Shown: positions 10,539-22,035 of the stretch, in pieces
How positions within the stretch are numbered: position 1 is the stretch's first letter
How the letters are laid out: every line of letters begins with the position of its first letter
Source: a virus
Lineage: Duplodnaviria > Caudoviricetes
Direction: 5' to 3' (one strand)
DNA: 64,000 bases
IMG/VR virus record: IMGVR_UViG_3300007735_000917
Location: 1 to 64,000 of that record
Position numbers and translations under genes: made by a program
Notes under the pieces: generated by a model
Databases searched by the model: none
What the model was told of the DNA's origin: nothing
The model's input: only the letters and a program-made list of their open reading frames with translations

Positions 10539-12164
10539 TTATGTACTATAAATATACTTACTTCTTATAAATATGGGTTTAATTATAACGTTGTACATTG
10601 TTGAATTGCTTAATTTTACCCGTAATGTTTTTTGTTCTGTAAAATTAACATAACCTACCAAATTAAGTTTATTTGATGAAATATAAAAGCCTACAGGCGC
10701 ATCATATAATGTGTCAATAGTAGATGTGTTGTCTATTTGAACATTTAACATAGTATTGAAATCAACTTCATAAACTACGCTTGGATTTATAAGTGGTACA
10801 AATTCAGATACCTTTGTGAAGAATTCAATATCAGTAGACATCACATAAGTTTTATCTACACTACCTTTTGTTGTAAAACTAACATTGCTATATTCATCAC
10901 CTGTAAAATCTGTCTGGTTAGTTATACCGTCCAATCTTCTTATTGTTTTCGATGAACCACTACTTATTGTGTTTATATAACCATTATTTACAGCACCAAC
11001 TATATTATTCACTAAAACATCTTGAGAACCAGTTGCGCTTAAAAAAATATTATTAGAATATGGTCTAGATTTATTTGATCCTGTTATAGGACCATTAACA
11101 AATCTTATATTTAGTATATTAGAATTGTTAAATCCTACACCGTAATAATTTACACTCGTTCCCTCAACTGACCATTTTGCTAAAAAATAATTCCACAAAT
11201 TAAATCTTTCGGTTGTGCTCAATATTTTATTGTATATAACCAATTCATACAATTCACAAGTAGAATATTCACTGTTGCCTGCACTATGATTTATAGTTAT
11301 TCCATTTGGACCTGTAATACCACCTTGGTTTGATGCCAATGACGATGTATTTGAATAAACTATTGAATTTACACCTGATCCACCTATGGTTGCTGTATAA
11401 AACCTTACAGTTGTATCTGCTGCAGATCCATATGGACCAGATACCCATCCCTCAAAATAAGCTTGATTAATATATCCTGCCCATGCACCTAAAAGCCAGT
11501 TGTTATTAACAGATTGCAACATTCTAGCATTTGTACCGCCTGTTAGTTTTCCAACATATGCTACAGTAACTGGCGTAGAATAATTCGTAGTCTCTCTAAA
11601 ACCATCACTGGTTGTAAATCTAATACCAGTTCTGCCATTAAGTGCATTACTAATAATTTGAGGAGAACCACGAAGTGTTATTGTTTTTGCCACAGAACTT
11701 TTATTATTCCAAGCCGTTAACGTAGTACCAGACGATGTTATAGTTCGCAAATCATTAGCATCCAACCACAATTGTAAACCTGTTACTGTACTTGGAAATG
11801 AAGCAGTGTATTGTCTACTATCATTCACCGATTCAGTTCTAGTTGATCCCGTTGGATATAAACTACCACTACTGTTCATAGCGATTGATCTAAATCTTTC
11901 TTGGTTATTTAAATCTAAAATAGTATTACGATTTATAGTGGTAGAATCAGTTACGCTGCCATTTTCACCATTATTATAATCAGTTAAATAAGAACTTGAT
12001 AATCCTCTATATTTTTTATTTACAATCAAATCAAGCGGTTCACTTACAAAAACACTTCCATATTGATTGGAAATGCCTTTGTAATCAACTTTGCCAATAA
12101 ATTCTCCAGTAACAGATGTTTCGTTACTATCGTAAAAATTTGGAATATTTACAACAATATTCAT
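10539..12164 (-). CDS. Virion structural protein with internal LamG-like domain
   Basis: GLQLWLDA...ELVIYNKILSTTER..WNYFLAKW. Confidence 0.7.
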   Translation of the reverse strand: MNIVVNIPNFYDSNETSVTGEFIGKVDYKGISNQYGSVFVSEPLDLIVNKKYRGLSSSYLTDYNNGENGSVTDSTTINRNTILDLNNQERFRSIAMNSSGSLYPTGSTRTESVNDSRQYTASFPSTVTGLQLWLDANDLRTITSSGTTLTAWNNKSSVAKTITLRGSPQIISNALNGRTGIRFTTSDGFRETTNYSTPVTVAYVGKLTGGTNARMLQSVNNNWLLGAWAGYINQAYFEGWVSGPYGSAADTTVRFYTATIGGSGVNSIVYSNTSSLASNQGGITGPNGITINHSAGNSEYSTCELYELVIYNKILSTTERFNLWNYFLAKWSVEGTSVNYYGVGFNNSNILNIRFVNGPITGSNKSRPYSNNIFLSATGSQDVLVNNIVGAVNNGYINTISSGSSKTIRRLDGITNQTDFTGDEYSNVSFTTKGSVDKTYVMSTDIEFFTKVSEFVPLINPSVVYEVDFNTMLNVQIDNTSTIDTLYDAPVGFYISSNKLNLVGYVNFTEQKTLRVKLSNSTMYNVIIKPIFIRSKYIYST

Positions 12165-12167
12165 TTA

Positions 12168-13859
12168 CTAAAAATTAGTACTAGCAACAATTCTAGTGAA
12201 TCCACCATTTACAATTTGTATAGGCACAGTCAAAGATCCAGATGTAGATGTATTAATATCTCTATAAGACAAACCATTTGACGTAAATAATGCACTGTTG
12301 CCTTCTATCGTTAGTCTTACAGGCACAGATACTCTATTACCCAAATAATTTCTCGCCTCAGCATATACTTGTGAATTTATAGTGGATCCATTGTATGTAT
12401 ACGATGAACTTTGACTCGTTATATTAACTCTTACTGGCGAATCCAACGTAAAACAATACAAATCCCAATTGTATGTAGAACCCCACAATCGACCATAACT
12501 ATCAACTCCATATGATCTAAATTCACCAGCAATAGTTTGTGTTAAAGCCAATGTTTTGGTAGAAGGCGTAAAAGTATATATTCCCATATTATTAGTGGTC
12601 ACTACCAAAAATCTATCATTGTTAACCCCCAATGAAATAATTTCTCTAGCCTCACCGCCCAATTCAGTATATGTGTTAACTCTACTACGATATGTTAAAT
12701 TAGCACTATTTGTATTGCTTATCTCAAATACATGCGCGTTATAATATTGTTTGTCTGAATCTTCATAACCATACGGAGTACTACTAAAATTAATTAAAAA
12801 TTTACTGGAACTTTGTGTATTTAAAAATAATTTTGTTCTTCTTCTTAAATCTGCATATTGTGTTGTACTCCAACTATTTGGCCAAAGAGCTGATGGTGTT
12901 AAACTACCAGATGCACTGTAATCAATTGTGCAGGGAGTGCCATATGCAGTAGCAGATGCGGATCCAGAAGCAAACCCACCATTCACATTAAATATTACTC
13001 TACGAATACCGTGTCTAGCAGTACTAGCTCCAACAGGCACACCAGATGGAAACAACGCGGTGTGATAAAATACTAAACTAGACGAACTATTAGCTATAGG
13101 AAATGTTTCTGAGGGAATAGTTGTTTCTGATCCAGAATGATTAAACTGATACACGTTTGTTGACGTAAATGTACTTTTATTCAACATATAAAGAACACTT
13201 CGTTGTTGATATGTATCCGAATTAGAATATGCAAATGTACGTGTGCTGCTTCGACCAATATAACAATAAAATGTATAATTCTCCTGAATCAAACCGTTTG
13301 CATCTCCAACTGTAGCATTTGTTGATTTTGTAAATTTACTAAACAATCCACTTCTTCTCCAATAATCAGTTCTAAGAGCGGTGTTCATCAAAATAACCGA
13401 AGTTGAATCTTCATCAATCACCCACGATTCATCGCCACGAAAGTTATTGCGATCAGTTGTCGCACTATTTTTATCATATAAAGCATAAGTTAAATTTTGA
13501 TTTGATGGATTGAATCTCCATTGTCTATAACCACCATATTCCATTACATAATAATTAAATCCATCACTCCATCTATATAGTGGCAAATCTTTCATACCAC
13601 GATTTAAACTTTCTAATCCCATTGCTTGTCTATCATAAGAACGGTCTCTGTAGCTCTCTGCTCCTTGCAATGTACCTGAGTATTTTGTGAAAATAGTTCC
13701 ATTTGTATTACGACTACTCGCGAGTGGCATAAAATTTCTGCCAAATAGTGGAGTTAATGTTGCTGGATCGTGCTCTTGACCCATAATATATATGCTACTC
13801 GGAGTTTCTATAACATATGGGATATTTAGATTTTGATTTTGACGATTGATGAGACTCAT
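12168..13859 (-). CDS. Putative virion structural protein (beta-rich)
   Basis: 563 aa, S/T/Y/N-rich, in structural operon. Confidence 0.65.
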   Translation of the reverse strand: MSLINRQNQNLNIPYVIETPSSIYIMGQEHDPATLTPLFGRNFMPLASSRNTNGTIFTKYSGTLQGAESYRDRSYDRQAMGLESLNRGMKDLPLYRWSDGFNYYVMEYGGYRQWRFNPSNQNLTYALYDKNSATTDRNNFRGDESWVIDEDSTSVILMNTALRTDYWRRSGLFSKFTKSTNATVGDANGLIQENYTFYCYIGRSSTRTFAYSNSDTYQQRSVLYMLNKSTFTSTNVYQFNHSGSETTIPSETFPIANSSSSLVFYHTALFPSGVPVGASTARHGIRRVIFNVNGGFASGSASATAYGTPCTIDYSASGSLTPSALWPNSWSTTQYADLRRRTKLFLNTQSSSKFLINFSSTPYGYEDSDKQYYNAHVFEISNTNSANLTYRSRVNTYTELGGEAREIISLGVNNDRFLVVTTNNMGIYTFTPSTKTLALTQTIAGEFRSYGVDSYGRLWGSTYNWDLYCFTLDSPVRVNITSQSSSYTYNGSTINSQVYAEARNYLGNRVSVPVRLTIEGNSALFTSNGLSYRDINTSTSGSLTVPIQIVNGGFTRIVASTNF

Positions 13860-13874
13860 ATTCTATATATATTA

Positions 13875-15086
13875 TTAAATTACACTTGCCGTTACACGAA
13901 AATTTAAATAACCGCTAGCGGAAATTTGCAAAGGTACGTAATCAGATAACGATAAAACATTGATTGTACTCTGATTTATCGTAACAGTTTGTATCAATGT
14001 AGAATTTATTCCGTTATAAACATAAACATTAGCTTGAGAATTAGATGATAAATTCTCAGCAAAAAGATCAGCTGATATTAGTGAGTATCCATTTATTATT
14101 TGCGTTCTTACATTTACTACGGGAATTATATTTGAACTGCTTATGCTAGATGAAAAATAGTTATATCTCAACACTCGTAGTAGTGAATTATTTAAGTACA
14201 AAGATCCATTACTTGCACTTAAAGTAACATTATTAATTTTTATCGTTTTAGTTATAGACAACGATCCTGTAATAATAGCTGATCCACTAAATGGAAATGC
14301 TTGTCCACCTCCTCCGCCACCATTTAGTGCATAACTGGCGGTCAAACTGTAACTTGCAGTTATAGCTCTTCTAGAAAAACTACTTGTTATAGGATAAGTA
14401 CTACCAGTTAAAAATCCACCACCGCTAGTACCACTTGACCCATTATTGCCACTAGATCCGCTTGATCCACTGGATCCACTGCTTCCACTCGTACCACTAC
14501 TTCCATTTTGTCCGCTGGTGCCACTTGATCCTGAAGTACCACTATTTCCACTCGATCCTGATGCGCCACTTGTACCGCTTGTACCAGATCCACCCCCACC
14601 TCCATTTGATGAATAACTCGCGGTTAATGCATAACTACTGCTTATATTATTTCCAGACAATAAAAATCTTACATCAATTCTGCTTCCTGATGTTGGCACT
14701 TGTGAAAAATTTATTGTGTTGCCAGATATTGTATAACTTGAAGATGGTATTTGTACCACACCATTTATACTAACAAATATATCTGCTGAGTTTGCAACAC
14801 TTCGAATCAATGTATAACTACTACCAGTTATGCTAGGTACAATAATTTGCGCCTGTACATTATTTATTATTGGAAAATTAGCAATATACGAAGCAGTTAG
14901 AGCTTTTACAGACCAACTACTTGTTATGGGATATTTACTACCTGTATTTAATGAAGATCCTCCACCACCGCTAGCATTTAAAGCATAACTTGCAGTTAAT
15001 GCTTTGTTTGAATAACTGGAGCTAAAATTATAAAGATAATTTGAGCTGGTTATTATTCGTGTTAAATTTAACTTCTTGATGGCCAT
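13875..15086 (-). CDS. Fibre-like structural protein with SG repeats and Ig-like module
   Basis: IFVSINGVVQ..YTISGNTINF module, TASYA repeats. Confidence 0.75.
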   Translation of the reverse strand: MAIKKLNLTRIITSSNYLYNFSSSYSNKALTASYALNASGGGGSSLNTGSKYPITSSWSVKALTASYIANFPIINNVQAQIIVPSITGSSYTLIRSVANSADIFVSINGVVQIPSSSYTISGNTINFSQVPTSGSRIDVRFLLSGNNISSSYALTASYSSNGGGGGSGTSGTSGASGSSGNSGTSGSSGTSGQNGSSGTSGSSGSSGSSGSSGNNGSSGTSGGGFLTGSTYPITSSFSRRAITASYSLTASYALNGGGGGGQAFPFSGSAIITGSLSITKTIKINNVTLSASNGSLYLNNSLLRVLRYNYFSSSISSSNIIPVVNVRTQIINGYSLISADLFAENLSSNSQANVYVYNGINSTLIQTVTINQSTINVLSLSDYVPLQISASGYLNFRVTASVI

Positions 15087-15124
15087 AATTTACTAACATA
15101 TAAATAGTACCACCAATAATCTAT

Positions 15125-15346
15125 TCAATTATTGTTTAACAGTATTTTATATGTGGTGCCATTTATAACAATTGGTAAATACAATCCACTACTACCTCCA
15201 GCAGCACCAGCCAAGTTAATTGAACTGGTGATACCGCTGGTATTTAAACTAATAAAGTTACTGTTTACTTTATGAAAACCTTCTCTGATAGTATCAGCGG
15301 TATCACTATTAGCAATAGATCCTGTATTTACTAAAATATACGCCAT
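15125..15346 (-). CDS. Small protein with T4 gp9/gp10-like N-terminal attachment motif
   Basis: VNTGSIANSDTADTIREGFHKVNSNF resembles the ND.TGD.LR..F.K.N.NF baseplate motif. Confidence 0.55.
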   Translation of the reverse strand: MAYILVNTGSIANSDTADTIREGFHKVNSNFISLNTSGITSSINLAGAAGGSSGLYLPIVINGTTYKILLNNN

Positions 15347-15363
15347 AACAATTTATTTTATAA

Positions 15364-17472
15364 TTAACCTCTACCCCAAGTGTATCTAAACACCATCTTC
15401 AACGAATAATCTTTGCTCTTGGTTTGTCCATTTTGCAATACATACACATAACCATTGTTCTTAGCAGCATCATTCATCGCCTCAGGTGTCAAGTTAATAC
15501 TGGTTGGACCCACACCAATTGTTCTCCACAACGGAGCAACAGCTGGATTTGGTCTATACGCATTTGGAATATCTTCATTATTAGCAACACCATTGCTAAA
15601 GATAACCACTTTGTCTCTTCTGTAAGTGCTTTGTGTATATGGATTCAAATACATAGGCAATTCAACAGAATATATCTTGGTGGCTGAATTTCTAGATCTA
15701 TCACGTGCATTAAACGAAGATGTAGCAGATCCACTAAATGTTGATAGAAAACAACTGCTTCCACGTACATAATAGTTTGTACCAAGTTTACGTCCACTTG
15801 TTGGAGAAGATGTACCTGTCCAACCTGTACGTCTTACCCACAATGGCATATTTGCCAACGAAGCAGTAGTTTGATATGGATTCCAATCATCCCAATAAAA
15901 GAACTGAGTTGGTATTTTCTTATTAATAACTGAGTATGATGTTATTAATTTATTACCATCCACTTTTATAGGAGGAGCGGTGCCAAAAAGCGGAGTGGTA
16001 CTTTGTGTAATTTCGTATCTGGATCCTGTACCTTTACCTCCTGGTACCAATAATCTACTAGGAAACTTTGGAAAACTTAAAATGCCATCATTTTGCATAG
16101 ATGGATCATAAAAGAAATCATTAAATAAATTGCTATTGTTGTTGTTGGTATACAATTGAGGAGTTACACTGGGTATACTACTTATTGTTGCAAGTTTACA
16201 ATATGGAGTCCACAAATTGTCCAATTTAGTAAATCTATTTGTATCCCAATGTACCGCTGTATCGGATATTGTGACGCCAGTTCTAAATCCCCAACTACCT
16301 GTAGCTGCACTATTATTGTTAACTTGAGTTACACTATATGTACCTTTTAAACGCGTATTGTCACCTATTCCTGTACCTGTTTTTGGATCAACCGTCCAAT
16401 TTGGTCGATAAATTGATTGTGAGAAAGTATATATACCATTAACCCCACCAAATATATTAGCTAAACTATAAAATAAATCACTGGTAAAATAATTTCTGGG
16501 TTTATATGAACTTGTATTTGGAATACAATAACTTCCACTGTATCTACCGTTACTAACACTCAAACTAGCAGATATACCCAAATCCAAAAATTGATACGGA
16601 TTTTGATAGTTTGCAAAAAATTCTTGAAGCGGACCAACTGCTTTGAATGGATTTGGTTCATAACTTACAGCTGGGAAAAATGAACCTGTAGGAACATAGT
16701 TTACATTTGCACCATTATAGTATCTATTCACGAAACCAAAGCCAGGTCCAAAGCTAATTTGACCAGGAGCAAATGGTTCGTTACAAAAACCACCTTCATC
16801 AATTGGAATTGCCAAACCACTACCACTATCAATACCACACAAACCAATCTTTTGAATTGCTTCTCTGTCTAATGAACCAGTTGTCCAACCTGTAAAAGAA
16901 GGATATTGAGCTGGAATTCTACCACCCACACTGCTGCTGAATGGACTCATATTTACACGCAATTCGTAGTTTACACGAAGATATTGACCAGCGTGCAAAG
17001 TAATTGGTGGATCCAAACGAATTTTGCTAAACAATGTAGTTGCAGCAGGTGTTTCTTTGAAACCAACTTCAGTGTATGTGGTATTATCTAATTCTTTGTA
17101 GAAATCAAATGTTCTGTATAATCTGACTATACTACCAGTAACTTTATGACCACAGTTATTTTCACCAGTTAGATAAAAAGCGTTGATTTTTCTTGGTCTT
17201 TTCAACATCTTTTCACTAAAAGAAGCGGTCAATGTATCAGATGGTCCATATGGATAATCACCAACCAAACAAAATTGAAACACTTGTGCCCATGGCATAT
17301 AAGCAATTTTGTCCAAACCACAGTCTAAAATTGTGTTGGGTTTCCAACCTGTTGAAAATTGTTCGTTGACCTGATTATTTTCATCAACTCCCATTACAGA
17401 GGCTTTATAAAAACCTTTTACCGTTCTGTGTAATGTTACTGTTTGTTCTTTTTCTACACGTGTGTTTGTCAT
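15364..17472 (-). CDS. Putative virion structural (baseplate/tail) protein
   Basis: 702 aa ORF, late-type motif upstream. Confidence 0.65.
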   Translation of the reverse strand: MTNTRVEKEQTVTLHRTVKGFYKASVMGVDENNQVNEQFSTGWKPNTILDCGLDKIAYMPWAQVFQFCLVGDYPYGPSDTLTASFSEKMLKRPRKINAFYLTGENNCGHKVTGSIVRLYRTFDFYKELDNTTYTEVGFKETPAATTLFSKIRLDPPITLHAGQYLRVNYELRVNMSPFSSSVGGRIPAQYPSFTGWTTGSLDREAIQKIGLCGIDSGSGLAIPIDEGGFCNEPFAPGQISFGPGFGFVNRYYNGANVNYVPTGSFFPAVSYEPNPFKAVGPLQEFFANYQNPYQFLDLGISASLSVSNGRYSGSYCIPNTSSYKPRNYFTSDLFYSLANIFGGVNGIYTFSQSIYRPNWTVDPKTGTGIGDNTRLKGTYSVTQVNNNSAATGSWGFRTGVTISDTAVHWDTNRFTKLDNLWTPYCKLATISSIPSVTPQLYTNNNNSNLFNDFFYDPSMQNDGILSFPKFPSRLLVPGGKGTGSRYEITQSTTPLFGTAPPIKVDGNKLITSYSVINKKIPTQFFYWDDWNPYQTTASLANMPLWVRRTGWTGTSSPTSGRKLGTNYYVRGSSCFLSTFSGSATSSFNARDRSRNSATKIYSVELPMYLNPYTQSTYRRDKVVIFSNGVANNEDIPNAYRPNPAVAPLWRTIGVGPTSINLTPEAMNDAAKNNGYVYVLQNGQTKSKDYSLKMVFRYTWGRG

Positions 17473-17520
17473 AGATAATGTTATAGTTATAAATAGAAAG
17501 AAGATATACTTAATATTTAT

Positions 17521-18729
17521 TTATTCATATAGAGGTAAAAATTTTCTACCATATCCTTCCACATATACCGGCATCCACCCCCAAAAAGGTTTGCTAGTTA
17601 ATCCAGCCGCAGATGGTTCTGTACCACCTCCATCAGCTGTAAATATATATGTATTTGGATCGTTTATGCTACCAGATACCATTCCTGATAAACCTTCACC
17701 CAATATATACAAATTCTGAGCTGTAGTTTTGTTTTGTAAACCAGGTGTCTTTAAATCAGTAATAAATGCTATAGATTTACTTACAGGTCTACCAATACCA
17801 GCATTATCATAAAAAATAAATGAGAAAAATAGTTCTTGATTACCCGCCATTAATATGGACCCAGTATTGTCAAATCCACTAGCAACACCAGCCCATTCAA
17901 TAGTATTATATGGAGATAATCTTACACGATGACTCACACTGCCACTATTCACCAATCTAATAGAAAAAGCAGATGGAATTCTACTACCAGTAAGTCTTAT
18001 GTTTAAATTGTTTTGGGTGCTTAAATGATAATACGAATAATAAGCAGAACAAGTTATTCTAGATAACGTCTCACCTTTAAAAAATGAAGAAGTAAACAAT
18101 ACAGCTGTACTAGTACCACTATTCAAAGCATAACTAGCAGTAATACCCCAACTTGAAGTTATTGGATAAGTACTGCCAGTAAATAACTTTGTACCGCCAC
18201 TTATCGCATATAAAGCCCAACTTGCAGTTATTGGATAAGTGCTACCAGTAAATAATTGAGTACCACCACTCAGTGCATATAAAGCATAACTAGAACTTAC
18301 CGCCCAACTCGCAGTGATAGGATATGTACTGGCAGTATATAATTGAGTACCACCAGCATTCGCATTTAATGCATAACTGGCCGTAACTGACCAGCTTGAA
18401 GTTATTGGGTATGTACTTCCAGTATGTATCAAAGTTCCAGCGCCACTAGTACCACTACTACCAGGATATCCAGTCAAACCACTTGTACCGGCTGTAGCAC
18501 TAGTACCGCTACTACCAGCAGTACCAGCCGTACCACTGGTGGTTATTACAATAATGTTGGATTTACCAAGTTTGCCTGTATTGGTATCTAATGTAAGATA
18601 TACAGCATTTGCTTGCGCAGACAAATCACTGGGTCTTATGCTTACAGAGCCAGTAAATGATGTAGATCCAGATATTACTGTTTTTCTAGTAATTGTTGGA
18701 TCCTGAATGAATGGTGTATCAATTAACAT
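17521..18729 (-). CDS. Fibre-like protein with GSTYPITASWA repeats
   Basis: Four tandem TGSTYPIT(A/S)SW repeats. Confidence 0.7.
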   Translation of the reverse strand: MLIDTPFIQDPTITRKTVISGSTSFTGSVSIRPSDLSAQANAVYLTLDTNTGKLGKSNIIVITTSGTAGTAGSSGTSATAGTSGLTGYPGSSGTSGAGTLIHTGSTYPITSSWSVTASYALNANAGGTQLYTASTYPITASWAVSSSYALYALSGGTQLFTGSTYPITASWALYAISGGTKLFTGSTYPITSSWGITASYALNSGTSTAVLFTSSFFKGETLSRITCSAYYSYYHLSTQNNLNIRLTGSRIPSAFSIRLVNSGSVSHRVRLSPYNTIEWAGVASGFDNTGSILMAGNQELFFSFIFYDNAGIGRPVSKSIAFITDLKTPGLQNKTTAQNLYILGEGLSGMVSGSINDPNTYIFTADGGGTEPSAAGLTSKPFWGWMPVYVEGYGRKFLPLYE

Positions 18730-18730
18730 C

Positions 18731-19747
18731 TTATTTAATCTTTATAATCTTTTTAGCCGCACCTGTTTCTCTAGCATATCTGTTATAATCCAAATACAAC
18801 TCTTCAGCATTTGCTCTAGCATCAACTTCCCACGGCAAAGTCTTTTCTTTTGGATCATTGTCTTTGTATCTAGGATATACTTTACCTTCCCAACTATTAT
18901 CAAATGTATTTAATTTACCATCTTCCACTTGTTTAATGTGCCAACACTCGTGCGCCAATGTCTTTATTTGATCATCACTGCTATGAGGACTGTTTGTTCT
19001 CATAATCACTTTATATGATCTTATTTTGTATGGAGTTTTATCACCCTCAACTTTTACTTTACCTTGCACATCATCTTCTAAACTACCAAACTCCAACTTG
19101 ATTTTTCCACTGGGTAAACTTAACTTGTTAACAAAAAATTTGTAAGCCTTCTTAAGTCTTTCCTTATCAACCACATTCTTTAACATCTCATTTAAACTAT
19201 TGGTGGTTGGAAGATTGTTACCCTCATATTTACGTGGGGTAGTAATATCAACCAACTTATACTTAATAGGCAAGTTACTAATAGTTTTATAGGTAGCCAA
19301 TATATTCTTGCTGCTATCATCCACAAAGAATATATCATTGTAACCCTCATTTTGTATCTTGTTCAATATCCAATTAGCCTTAGCCATAGGATCACCAGTA
19401 CCAAGAGTAACCACTTCAATGTTTACTCTAAAGTACTTTCTAATTATATCTCTTATGTGTGGTGCTGCTTCAGATCCTCTAGCCGTCAATATCACAGTCT
19501 TACGATCACCATTAGAAGATGTAACTATCTTATAAAATCTTTTGCCAATTGAACGAATTAGTGTTGGGTTGATAAGTGTTTGAAATTGACTAAAATCAAA
19601 CTTATCACCTGGTTGTGGTTCATATACAGCATATTCAGCTGGGGTAATTTCTCTACTGGTACCATCTGATGAAGTAACAATAACTTTAGCTTCGGTTTCA
19701 AAAAGTGTATCATCCAGGTCAAAAATTCTAAGTTTCTTTATTTTCAT
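18731..19747 (-). CDS. HAD-superfamily hydrolase fused to an HExxH metallopeptidase-like domain
   Basis: FDLDDTL, ILTAR, K, FVDD HAD motifs; C-terminal AHECWH..Q and PWEVDA. Confidence 0.75.
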   Translation of the reverse strand: MKIKKLRIFDLDDTLFETEAKVIVTSSDGTSREITPAEYAVYEPQPGDKFDFSQFQTLINPTLIRSIGKRFYKIVTSSNGDRKTVILTARGSEAAPHIRDIIRKYFRVNIEVVTLGTGDPMAKANWILNKIQNEGYNDIFFVDDSSKNILATYKTISNLPIKYKLVDITTPRKYEGNNLPTTNSLNEMLKNVVDKERLKKAYKFFVNKLSLPSGKIKLEFGSLEDDVQGKVKVEGDKTPYKIRSYKVIMRTNSPHSSDDQIKTLAHECWHIKQVEDGKLNTFDNSWEGKVYPRYKDNDPKEKTLPWEVDARANAEELYLDYNRYARETGAAKKIIKIK

Positions 19748-21216
19748 CCTCTTAATGCCTTTAATAGTTTCTTGTATAGTGATTCTTTCTTAACCAATTG
19801 ATCCAATGGCACTCCTCTATACTTTTGTCTTATTTGTGCAATAGGCATACCATATTGCTTTTCAGCTTGGGCTATCAAACTATATCTATCTTGTTTTTCT
19901 TTTGACATAGCATGTAGTTTGCGTTGAATAGATTTAGCAACCACATCTTTTACATTGTCTGTATAGTTCTTTATACCAGCATTCAATAGATCGTTTAGTA
20001 TCTTGATTTCAATTTCCAAACTATCCACTTCTTTTTCTAAATTTTGTTTTTCCGATGGAGTAAATGTAGCACCCGTTGAATGTAGTTTACCTCGTTTTTC
20101 AACAAACTCTTGAGTCTTATCATCAATTACTTTCTCAATCGTCTCACCTTGCGTTCTTTTATCAAGTTCCAAAGCAGATGGCGGAAAACTAAAACTTACA
20201 CCTACAGGCATAAGAGGAACATCAGACTGATTTATTTTAACAATAATAGTATTTTTGTCAATAAATTTTATTTCACCATATGTATCATAACCTTTGTATT
20301 TTACTTTATCACCCACTTTAAATTGTGTATTGTTAATAACATCAGGTTCCAAAAACCAAGAAGAAAATGTTTTTTCAGAACCAACACTAACACCTGCAAC
20401 ATCTGTATCCGTTATTCTTATAGTAATTTTATCTCCGGCAATAGATACAACCACTCCAGAAGTCTTCATTCCTCTAACTTTCACATTATCACCCACTTTG
20501 AAACTGACTGAACTACCTCCCGTTTGTAAGTTACTAGAAGTAGTATCAGTAGTAGTTTGTGAAGGTTTTTCCGCTATTGATGGACCATTGTTGTAAAAGT
20601 TATCATAAGTATAAAAATTCATACTTGGTTCATACAAACATTCTTTGGGATCATATCCATTGAACCCTATCACCTTATCATATTGATCTTTATATTTAAT
20701 TATTCTATCTTTTTTAGAATCCCAAAATGTTACAATAATAGCTTTACCACTTGGTATTGTAGTTTCAATCTTTAAATGAGAATCATCAACCACATCTTTA
20801 GCATCATCTACTTCAAATATTCTACCTTTCAAAAGTGGATCAGCATAAATACCAAATCTACCTATACCCTTTAAAAGATTTTCTATATCTAAATGACCTC
20901 CACCGCTATTGCTATTCTTTAAGTTAGTTATTGCTCTTTGTCCCCAATAGTTAAGTTGATTGTCAGAATTCTTGTTTGGATCCAATTTGAGACTTGGCTG
21001 TTTGGATAGTTCGTCTACATCCTTTAAAACTTCGGGGTCATCACAATAAAAATCTTTTTTAACAAGACTATATCCAAATATAGCATTTTTACCACTCTTT
21101 TCATCTTTATATACAAGAAAAGCACATTTATTAGCTGGGCTACGATAACTATATGTCTTTTTCTTATAATATACAGTATCTGGATTTTCTAACAGTAAGT
21201 CTCTAAATAGCTTCAT
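19744..21216 (-). CDS. Hypothetical protein with two SH3/KOW-like FKVGD.VK repeats
   Basis: FKVGDNVKV and FKVGDKVKY repeats. Confidence 0.7.
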   Translation of the reverse strand: MKLFRDLLLENPDTVYYKKKTYSYRSPANKCAFLVYKDEKSGKNAIFGYSLVKKDFYCDDPEVLKDVDELSKQPSLKLDPNKNSDNQLNYWGQRAITNLKNSNSGGGHLDIENLLKGIGRFGIYADPLLKGRIFEVDDAKDVVDDSHLKIETTIPSGKAIIVTFWDSKKDRIIKYKDQYDKVIGFNGYDPKECLYEPSMNFYTYDNFYNNGPSIAEKPSQTTTDTTSSNLQTGGSSVSFKVGDNVKVRGMKTSGVVVSIAGDKITIRITDTDVAGVSVGSEKTFSSWFLEPDVINNTQFKVGDKVKYKGYDTYGEIKFIDKNTIIVKINQSDVPLMPVGVSFSFPPSALELDKRTQGETIEKVIDDKTQEFVEKRGKLHSTGATFTPSEKQNLEKEVDSLEIEIKILNDLLNAGIKNYTDNVKDVVAKSIQRKLHAMSKEKQDRYSLIAQAEKQYGMPIAQIRQKYRGVPLDQLVKKESLYKKLLKALRG

Positions 21217-21230
21217 AGTAGTTATAAATA

Positions 21231-21404
21231 TCAGTCAAATCTACTCTTATGCTTACTTTTAAAGTGTTTTAACCGTTCCATTATCTCCTCACGTTGTTTA
21301 TCACTATAAAAAGACCACTCTCGTAACTCTTCCCAAGTACGACCACATCCTTCACATAGTTTGTAATCAACAAGCACGCATATTCTTTTGCACGGCGTTT
21401 TCAT
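21231..21404 (-). CDS. DUF1289-like small Cys-rich protein (not in ORF track)
   Basis: MKTPCKRICVLVDYKLCEGCGRTWEELREW... 57 aa, matches the PCxxxC...CxGCxRT..E...W pattern. Confidence 0.75.
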   Translation of the reverse strand: MKTPCKRICVLVDYKLCEGCGRTWEELREWSFYSDKQREEIMERLKHFKSKHKSRFD

Positions 21405-21419
21405 ATTATTTCATTACAC

Positions 21420-21447
21420 AAAAAAACCCGTTCATTTCTGAACGGGT
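21420..21447 (-). terminator. Rho-independent terminator
   Basis: ACCCGTTCA..TGAACGGGT hairpin followed by a T-run on the minus strand. Confidence 0.8.
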
Positions 21448-21462
21448 CAATCAATTTTTAAT

Positions 21463-21993
21463 TTAAATGTTTTTTGCTTTTTCTATAATTTCTTTTAACT
21501 TCTTTGTATTTTTACCTTTAATAGATTGACCAATCTTTTCACGACGGTTTTTTAAATATTTATCAGTACCATCTACTTTACCGTCATTATTAATATCACT
21601 GTCTTCTTTACCAACAGGATCCAATGCTTCACCCTTCCAACCTTCTTCGTAACATTCATCACATTCCATATATTCCATCATCTTATCAATATCAGCTTCT
21701 TCTAACTTTCTACCAACATATGGAGTAAGAATTTTCTTGATTTTACCAAATAATTCAGCATCACCCTTGTCACCAGCAAATTTGTTCTTATCACTGTGTT
21801 TGTCAATTGTCTTGACAAATGTCTTGGTAATCTTGCTTGGATCTTCTGCTTTTGGAGCTTCAGCAGCTTTCTTCACAGGTGCTTTAGGAGTTTCTTTCTT
21901 TGGTTCTTCCTTAGCAGCACCTTTTTTCTTGGTTTCTGCCATTTCTTCTTCGTAGACTTCTTGAATTAGTTGTTTTAGATCTTCTTTGGTCAT
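21463..21993 (-). CDS. Charged hypothetical protein with EF-hand/dockerin-like loop
   Basis: [28 protein letters not shown]. Confidence 0.7.
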   Translation of the reverse strand: MTKEDLKQLIQEVYEEEMAETKKKGAAKEEPKKETPKAPVKKAAEAPKAEDPSKITKTFVKTIDKHSDKNKFAGDKGDAELFGKIKKILTPYVGRKLEEADIDKMMEYMECDECYEEGWKGEALDPVGKEDSDINNDGKVDGTDKYLKNRREKIGQSIKGKNTKKLKEIIEKAKNI

Positions 21994-22035
21994 AATAGTG
22001 AATTTAAATTGTTATTATAGAAATAAATATAATAA

